Origin: Candidatus Latescibacterota bacterium
GTDB taxonomy: Bacteria; Latescibacterota; UBA2968; SICM01
Direction of reading: 5' to 3'
Length of the DNA: 64,000 bases
NCBI GenBank assembly: GCA_965217865.1
Contig: CBDCJO010000002.1
Coordinates: 1,888,001-1,952,000 of the forward strand
This document shows positions 58,238 to 64,000 of this stretch, in pieces. The stretch's first letter is position 1; every line of letters starts with the position of its first letter. The position numbers and the translations under genes were made by a program. The notes below the pieces were generated by a model. The model did not search any database and was not told the origin of the DNA. It saw only the letters and a program-made list of their open reading frames with translations.

Positions 58238-58969
58238 CTAGCTATAAACCTGCGATACAGGCTTGATGATCAACTCAGGGACACAGACCCTTGACGGGAG
58301 GCCGGCTACGAACAAAGCTGCGGTCGCCACATCCTCAGGCTGGAGGATTCGAGCCCGATGTTCAGAACCCACCGGTTCCGGCCGCTGTTCGAGAATCGGT
58401 GTCTCCACCTCTCCGGGACATAGGGCACACGCGCGGATCCCATAATCCCTCTCCTCTTCGTTGATCAGATGATTCAACGCAATCATCCCGTGCTTGGAGG
58501 CCGCATAGGCCGCACCCCCCAGCTTGCCGGCCCTGAGACCTGCAATCGACGATACATTAATAATCAAGCCGTCCTTTCGTGCCCGCATCCCGGGGAGGAC
58601 CGCCCGTACACAGTTGAACGCACCCGTCAGATTTATCGCGATCGTGCGGTCCCAGTCAACTGGCTCCACTTCGGCGACAGATCTGGGATTCGTGTTGATT
58701 CCCGCGTTGTTGACAAGAACGTGGACCGCGCCGAAACGATCCTCCACCCCCCGAACCACCTCGTTCACGGCGGAACGATCAGAGACATCGCACGAACAGG
58801 CCATTGCGTTGTCTTCGGGCATCCCTGCGACAGCCTCATCAAGTTTTTCCCTCCTCCGGCCCACAAAGGCCACCAGGGCACCCTCATTCACGAAACCCCG
58901 GGCGATCCCCTTTCCGATGCCCGTGCCCGCACCCGTCACGATGACAACAGTGCCTTTAAAGCGACTCAT
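58238..58969 (-). CDS. SDR family oxidoreductase
   Basis: 'TGAGTGIG', 'NNAG', 'YAASK'. Confidence 0.95.
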   Translation of the reverse strand: MSRFKGTVVIVTGAGTGIGKGIARGFVNEGALVAFVGRRREKLDEAVAGMPEDNAMACSCDVSDRSAVNEVVRGVEDRFGAVHVLVNNAGINTNPRSVAEVEPVDWDRTIAINLTGAFNCVRAVLPGMRARKDGLIINVSSIAGLRAGKLGGAAYAASKHGMIALNHLINEEERDYGIRACALCPGEVETPILEQRPEPVGSEHRARILQPEDVATAALFVAGLPSRVCVPELIIKPVSQVYS

Positions 58970-59017
58970 CCGTCAAACCCTTACGCATCATGTGTGCAAA
59001 ACCCGACTCTACTCCGG

Positions 59018-59458
59018 TCATTCGATCTGATCGATCCTCCGCTGGTGGCGTTCTCCTGCGAACGGGGTGGACAGCCAAGTTTGAACGATCTCCAACGCAG
59101 TTTCCTCGGTCATCATCCTCTGGCCGATGGAGATAACGTTCGCGTCGTTATGTTCGCGTGCGAGTTCCGCCGACTTCCGATTCCAGCACACTGCGCATCG
59201 GATGCCGCGGACCTTATTGGCGACGATGGCCTCCCCATTTCCCGATCCCCCCAGGACGATGCCCAAGTCGCAGTTTCCCCTCGATACCGATTCGGCCGCA
59301 GGTCTGATGAACCCAGGATAGTCCACCGGATCCTCTGAATCCGTCCCGAAATCGGTCACCGGATAACCCCTGGATTCCAGATCCCGCTTGATGATCTCCT
59401 TATATCGAAACCCCGCGTGATCGGCCGAAACGGCGATGCGTGGCAGATCCCTTTGCAT
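59018..59458 (-). CDS. rpiB: Ribose-5-phosphate isomerase B
   Basis: 'ADHAG', 'DYP', 'GGSGNGE', 'REHNDAN', 'RHQRRI'. Confidence 0.95.
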   Translation of the reverse strand: MQRDLPRIAVSADHAGFRYKEIIKRDLESRGYPVTDFGTDSEDPVDYPGFIRPAAESVSRGNCDLGIVLGGSGNGEAIVANKVRGIRCAVCWNRKSAELAREHNDANVISIGQRMMTEETALEIVQTWLSTPFAGERHQRRIDQIE

Positions 59459-59503
59459 CTCATGCCTCAGAAGTCGAACCTTGTTTCGCGGGTTTCCCGA
59501 GCC

Positions 59504-59923
59504 TCAATTTGCCCCGGATCCCCCGGATTCTTCCTTGATGATCAAACCCACCAAAAGGCCGGCCACCGTCGCCTGGACGACGCTTCCGATAAACCAGTAA
59601 AGGGCCAGGCTGTGGGGAATCGGCATGTAGGAATACGTACCGTAGCCCATCGAAACTCCGGTGCCGAGACCGAACAGGAGCCCGTACTTCACCCCGGTGC
59701 ACGTTCCCTTTCCACCGATCAGGCAGGCATATATCAATGTGAAGAAGACAGCGGAGAGAATTCTGACAACATTCATCAACCCCATCTTCATTTCTTCCAT
59801 GGGCCGCCATAAATGGGCAGTGGCCTCATAAGTGGCACCCAGCAACCACTGGTGAATGATGAAATCCAGCACGGACCAGGCCACGAAAACGGCAAGGATC
59901 GCGAGGATGATTCTTTTTGCCAT
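59504..59923 (-). CDS. Four-helix membrane hypothetical protein
   Basis: Hydrophobic ORF preceded by RBS AGGAGG. Confidence 0.75.
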   Translation of the reverse strand: MAKRIILAILAVFVAWSVLDFIIHQWLLGATYEATAHLWRPMEEMKMGLMNVVRILSAVFFTLIYACLIGGKGTCTGVKYGLLFGLGTGVSMGYGTYSYMPIPHSLALYWFIGSVVQATVAGLLVGLIIKEESGGSGAN

Positions 59924-60107
59924 TTTTTGCCTCCTGTTGTTATCGTCCAACCTCTCGATTTTAGCCCTCACGTGACCCCGCTCAGTAAGGGTTCGGACTT
60001 TGTCGTTGAAAAACGAAAGGCGATCACCTCCACTATCTTCAAGTCCGGATACGATCGCTCAATATAAGTCTAATCGTGTGTTATGAAAAGGACATTGAAG
60101 GTTCTCC

Positions 60108-60470
60108 GTGGAATATAGTGGACCCTGTCTTCGCGATTGACACCCGGGGCTTCGAGCTAATCGAGAAACCGAGACTAAAGTCAGGGGCTTCTTTCAGCGC
60201 CAACGGCGCGTTGTTCCTCAACCCAGGGCACCGCCATGGGTCCTTGGAAAGCAATAGCGTCGTGCGGCCTGAAGGGCCGCGATAATTTCACATCTACATA
60301 CCCCAATCCCTGTCCCGCATCCTGATTCATTTGAGACGATTTCGAGTGGCCTACGATGAACGGTATGTGTGGGATTGATCCGGATCGCGGACCGTTGGCC
60401 CGCTCCAATCGTCCACATTCAAACCCAGCCCGTTGGACTGGGCCAAGGAATCACGGGCCGTTGGCCCGTC
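60108..60470 (+). mobile_element. Non-autonomous IS200/RAYT-like element, copy 2
   Basis: In-frame IPQSLSRILIHL-RRFRVAYDERYVWD* at 60298-60378 between REP-like hairpins. Confidence 0.78.
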
Positions 60471-60476
60471 AGGCGC

Positions 60477-62261
60477 TCATCCGTCCGTGGGCTTGGAGTA
60501 GACTTTACCCATGAGGTATCCGTCTAGACTCTTGAGCGGGCGAACAACCGAATAATCATCCGCCTTACCCCTCCAGCGTGAAAGATCCTCCACGTGGCCG
60601 AGTCGCTTGACAAATCCCCATTCGCTCGCCCGGTAGTATCGATTGTAGGAGTCCCAGAACGCCAGCCCTTCCGCTCCGGCCCCATAGCATTCCAGCGCCG
60701 TTTCCAGGTACCGGCTCGGGGGCATTCGCCGGGGCGCCACGTCCGGGTAGATCTTCGTCCGGCTTCCTTCGGCAAGCTTGACGAATTCGCTCACCTGGGA
60801 CTTGACCAGGTCCCCGTCATACCGCGGCCCCTGCGCCATCGGAACGACCAGGTAGTCTACCAGCCCCTCCTTGATCCAGGCCGCCACATCCATCGCGCCG
60901 GACAGACACTGGGAAACCGTGTTCATCACGAGATAGCACGTCGGAATGTACCGGTCCTGCTGCTTGCCGACTTCATCCAGCATGGTCCGGATTTCTCTCA
61001 GGAACCGGGTGACGAAACTCGCCCGGGTCCGCTGCGCGCGCTCATCCTCCTCCCTCACGAAATGGAAGTAGAGGTCCGGGCCGTCCATGCTCATACGCCC
61101 TACATCCGCGTGCACTTCCGGAGGTTGCAGGCGACGCAGGTCCTCACCGTACTGCTCCTGAAAAGCCTGACACACCGGTTCCTCATAATAGACCAGGGGC
61201 CAGGAACGATTGAACAGGAGGTTTATCCCATCCGCCTCATAGTCCTCAACCCACTCCCTCAGAAGACGGACATAGAATTCGCGAACGCCCGGATAGGCGA
61301 AGGAAAGGTGCCTGATCGGACTCCCGTCAGGATAAGCACATCGCCAGTCCAGGTGTTCTCCGAAGAATCGGCCGCCGTGATCGTACAGAGCGTGTTCAGG
61401 TGGGAGGTTTGGACCTATGAAACGATTCTGGGGGAACAATTTGACCCCGTATTCGTGAGCGGCCTCGATCGCCGCCTTTAAGGGATCCAACCCATCCCGG
61501 ACGGCCTGATGCATATAATACCCCACACGACGTGGCGGCCTGTGGTTCTCTTCCACCATCTCGCCAACCCTCGAGGGATATAATGTCAGCGCACCGTACG
61601 ATACGGCGTAGAGAACGGCCTCGAAGTCGCTGTCCCTCATGCATTCGAACTCCCCGAGAAAATCTTCGCGGGACTGAACCCCCCACTGATTGATATTTCC
61701 CCCGTCATAGTTGGCCAGAAGCCGTTTCGTCGTCTCTTTGGGCTGTTCCGACCTCCATTCTTCCAGAGCGGGTTCATCCATCGGGATCAACCTCACATAG
61801 GCGAGGTTTGTCTCCGATTCCGCCATTCCCCCCCGATCGGGATGTGCGATTATCAGATCCTTATCGGTCAGATCCGCACATTTCCAGAGCACCTCCGAGA
61901 CGTTCGACCACGTGACGATCTTGTCGGGATACTCCCCATCCTTTTCCGGGCGGAAACTTTCCAGGCATATTCGATTGAAAACGGACTCGCCGGACAATTT
62001 TGCGCACAGGACCCGGTTGGACACGAATCCCGCCCCCCTACCATAATAGATACCCAGACGGATCGCGTGCCAACCGTTCACACCCAGCCGGATTGTGAGG
62101 GGCGGTGTGGCGTCGCCGGGAAAGGCGAAGAGCATCACACCGGGTCCAACCTCCAATTCATAATCCACAGCCTGCCAGGTGCCGTGTAATTTAACCCGGG
62201 ATACAGCTGCCCCGGGATTCGCACGCTCGTCCAGATCCCTAATCCAGACATCCTGATTCAT
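60477..62261 (-). CDS. Putative TIM-barrel glycoside-hydrolase-like (GHL10-type) protein
   Basis: 'DPLKAAIEAAHEYG', 'LSFAYPGVR', 'ADGINL.F.R', 'DVAAWIKEGLVD', 'GAEGLAFWD'. Confidence 0.7.
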   Translation of the reverse strand: MNQDVWIRDLDERANPGAAVSRVKLHGTWQAVDYELEVGPGVMLFAFPGDATPPLTIRLGVNGWHAIRLGIYYGRGAGFVSNRVLCAKLSGESVFNRICLESFRPEKDGEYPDKIVTWSNVSEVLWKCADLTDKDLIIAHPDRGGMAESETNLAYVRLIPMDEPALEEWRSEQPKETTKRLLANYDGGNINQWGVQSREDFLGEFECMRDSDFEAVLYAVSYGALTLYPSRVGEMVEENHRPPRRVGYYMHQAVRDGLDPLKAAIEAAHEYGVKLFPQNRFIGPNLPPEHALYDHGGRFFGEHLDWRCAYPDGSPIRHLSFAYPGVREFYVRLLREWVEDYEADGINLLFNRSWPLVYYEEPVCQAFQEQYGEDLRRLQPPEVHADVGRMSMDGPDLYFHFVREEDERAQRTRASFVTRFLREIRTMLDEVGKQQDRYIPTCYLVMNTVSQCLSGAMDVAAWIKEGLVDYLVVPMAQGPRYDGDLVKSQVSEFVKLAEGSRTKIYPDVAPRRMPPSRYLETALECYGAGAEGLAFWDSYNRYYRASEWGFVKRLGHVEDLSRWRGKADDYSVVRPLKSLDGYLMGKVYSKPTDG

Positions 62262-62297
62262 GGCGCCTCCTCTTCGTGTCATTGGGAAACGAGATTA

Positions 62298-63209
62298 TCA
62301 AACCAATCCCATTTCTTCCAACGAGGGTTTCTCCCAGGCCAGGGAATAGTCCCTCCCCTCTTTTAGCGGACTGCCGCCCGGGCCATATCCCTTCAGATTG
62401 GATTTTCGATTCAGCGAGACAACGTTAGGCTCAACACCGGCCTTGGTAACTTCACACCTCAAGAAACCCAGCGCGCTTTCTCCATCGTGCCAGAGCTTCG
62501 GTCCCTCGAACGCTGTACCAGGGGCAAAATAGAACGTTATACCGTCAACCTGAACTCGGCGTTGACAATGAATGTGGGCCGTGATCACGAGTTCAGCGCC
62601 CGTCTCCTTAAACACCTGCATCATTCGGCTCCTGTGCGGCTTGTCCACCCGGTAGCCCCCCAACTGACGGCTCTTTTCAGGTTCGCGGTTAGGTTCCTGG
62701 AGCTCGTTGATAAATAACGCGGGATGAATGAACCAGGTGTGATGCGATTCTCGGAGCTCAGTTTCCTGGGCTTCGAGCCACATCCACATCTCCTCCTCTT
62801 CCTGAAGGCCCGAGCCTGCCAGAAGTGCGTCAAACGCGCTGAACCTCACGCCGCGGTGAACAAAGGTCCACTCAGTGGGACTGAACACAGATCGGAATCG
62901 ATCTACGGACGCCTGGTTAATGCTTACCTTCGATCCCTCCAGATATTTATTTCCCTCGTCGTGGTTTCCCGGGATAACGTGGTATGGAAACGGAAGGCTG
63001 TCGAGGTCCGCCTTGATCTGTTCGAGTTCGAACCTGTGGTCCATCCCGTCTCGGGTCAGGTCACCGCCCACGATGAGGAATTCCGGGTTCAGGTCGACGA
63101 TCTGCTCGCGCGCTGTTCGCCAGTTCTCGTTCCATGCCGGTTGAAACCGGTATGACCTCGGCGTGCCCACGTGAATGTCGGCGACGTACGCGAACGTCCA
63201 TGATTCCAA
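62298..63209 (-). CDS. Calcineurin-like metallophosphoesterase
   Basis: 'ADIH', 'GGDLT', 'PGNHD', 'AHIH'. Confidence 0.9.
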   Translation of the reverse strand: MESWTFAYVADIHVGTPRSYRFQPAWNENWRTAREQIVDLNPEFLIVGGDLTRDGMDHRFELEQIKADLDSLPFPYHVIPGNHDEGNKYLEGSKVSINQASVDRFRSVFSPTEWTFVHRGVRFSAFDALLAGSGLQEEEEMWMWLEAQETELRESHHTWFIHPALFINELQEPNREPEKSRQLGGYRVDKPHRSRMMQVFKETGAELVITAHIHCQRRVQVDGITFYFAPGTAFEGPKLWHDGESALGFLRCEVTKAGVEPNVVSLNRKSNLKGYGPGGSPLKEGRDYSLAWEKPSLEEMGLV

Positions 63210-63506
63210 GTGTTTGTCCTTTCAGTTAACCTGATCAGTAGATCCCTTGAAGGAGACGGCTCCTACCGAAGATCATCGCTGCGGAATCAAGGCCCTGGCA
63301 TCCGGGTTCCTGGTTCCCAACTCCCAGCCTTAGCGGCTTTCGCTTCGCTCAGCGGCGGTTTGCTGTTAACTTTGCATTTTCCATTTTAAATTTTTCATCT
63401 TGCAATTTTCGCCCGCGATCCTCCTTGTCTATTCCAGCCTAATATATTATGTTACCCGCCGCACCGCAATCCTGCATGTTCTGCCAACACTTTGGGAGGA
63501 TAACCG

Positions 63507-64000
63507 ATGCCCAAAATGACCGGGTCCCGATTCATCGCGGAAACCCTGAACGGTTACGGGGTCAAGGCGGTCTTCTTCGTTCCGTCTATCCTTAAAACCG
63601 CTCTTGTGGAGATGGAAAAGCTGGGGATAAAGCGCGTGCTCTGTCATTCGGAGAAAGCAGCCGCATACATGGCCGATGGTTACGCCCGGGCTGCCCGCGC
63701 CCCGGGAATCGCCATGGCGCAATCGGTGGGGGCCGCGAACCTGGCCGCGGGCCTTCAGGATGCCTATCTTGCCCTTTCCCCCGTAATCGCCATCACCGGC
63801 CGCTGGCCGACGATCTACCGCTACCGCAATGCCTATCAGGAGATCGACCACCGGCCCCTGTTCGAACCCGTAACCCGGAACACCGTCACGGTGGAAACCC
63901 CCGAAGAACTGCCCCTGCTGTTGCTCCAAGCCTTTCGCGAAGCCACATCGGGCGCACCCGGGCCGGTCCACCTGGACGTTATGGGTTTCACGGGAGAAAT
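63507..64000 (+). CDS. Thiamine pyrophosphate-binding (acetolactate synthase-like) enzyme, 3' end outside the window
   Basis: MPKMTGSRFIAETL...HSEKAAAYMADGYAR...GAANL...YQEID...GPVHLD. Confidence 0.9.
   Translation, partial: MPKMTGSRFIAETLNGYGVKAVFFVPSILKTALVEMEKLGIKRVLCHSEKAAAYMADGYARAARAPGIAMAQSVGAANLAAGLQDAYLALSPVIAITGRWPTIYRYRNAYQEIDHRPLFEPVTRNTVTVETPEELPLLLLQAFREATSGAPGPVHLDVMGFTGE

Overview
The window has two parts. Bases 1 to ~24.3 kb are the right part of a decaying integrated mobile element / defence island. It holds a large TOPRIM primase-P-loop NTPase followed by an iteron-like repeat field, a degraded amidoligase-DUF5049-GATase-gamma-glutamylcyclotransferase module and an excisionase-like HTH. 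An intact type I restriction-modification operon follows (hsdM-hsdS-[DUF4062/HATPase]-hsdR-YgjP-like protease). Next are a ~2 kb IS1595-family element with 8-bp target duplication carrying a Panacea antitoxin plus a putative toxin, and a series of remnants (IS3, type ISP, PD-(D/E)XK, AlbA/RecG-like and SRAP genes, the last two split by MITEs). The island ends at tmRNA/tRNA-like att remnants and a repeat-flanked GIY-YIG gene. Bases ~24.6 to 64 kb are core chromosome of a diderm bacterium; the gene style suggests an FCB/Latescibacterota-like lineage, which is inference only. Genes there include a PI-phosphate synthase-like gene, ino1, a GHMP kinase, tmk, an S41 protease, a LigD phosphoesterase, mfd, an orphan fliG, an FG-GAP surface protein, glcF-like, DUF2723, thiolase, lepB, tRNA-Gly(GCC), nadD, bamD, cpoB, hemL and rpiB. 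Intergenic regions carry several repeat families: a 32-bp heptamer-based repeat (3 exact copies), REPINs, and two copies of an internally deleted IS200/RAYT-like transposase element. Two core genes appear to start at CTG. All calls come from reading motifs by eye; no database search was run.
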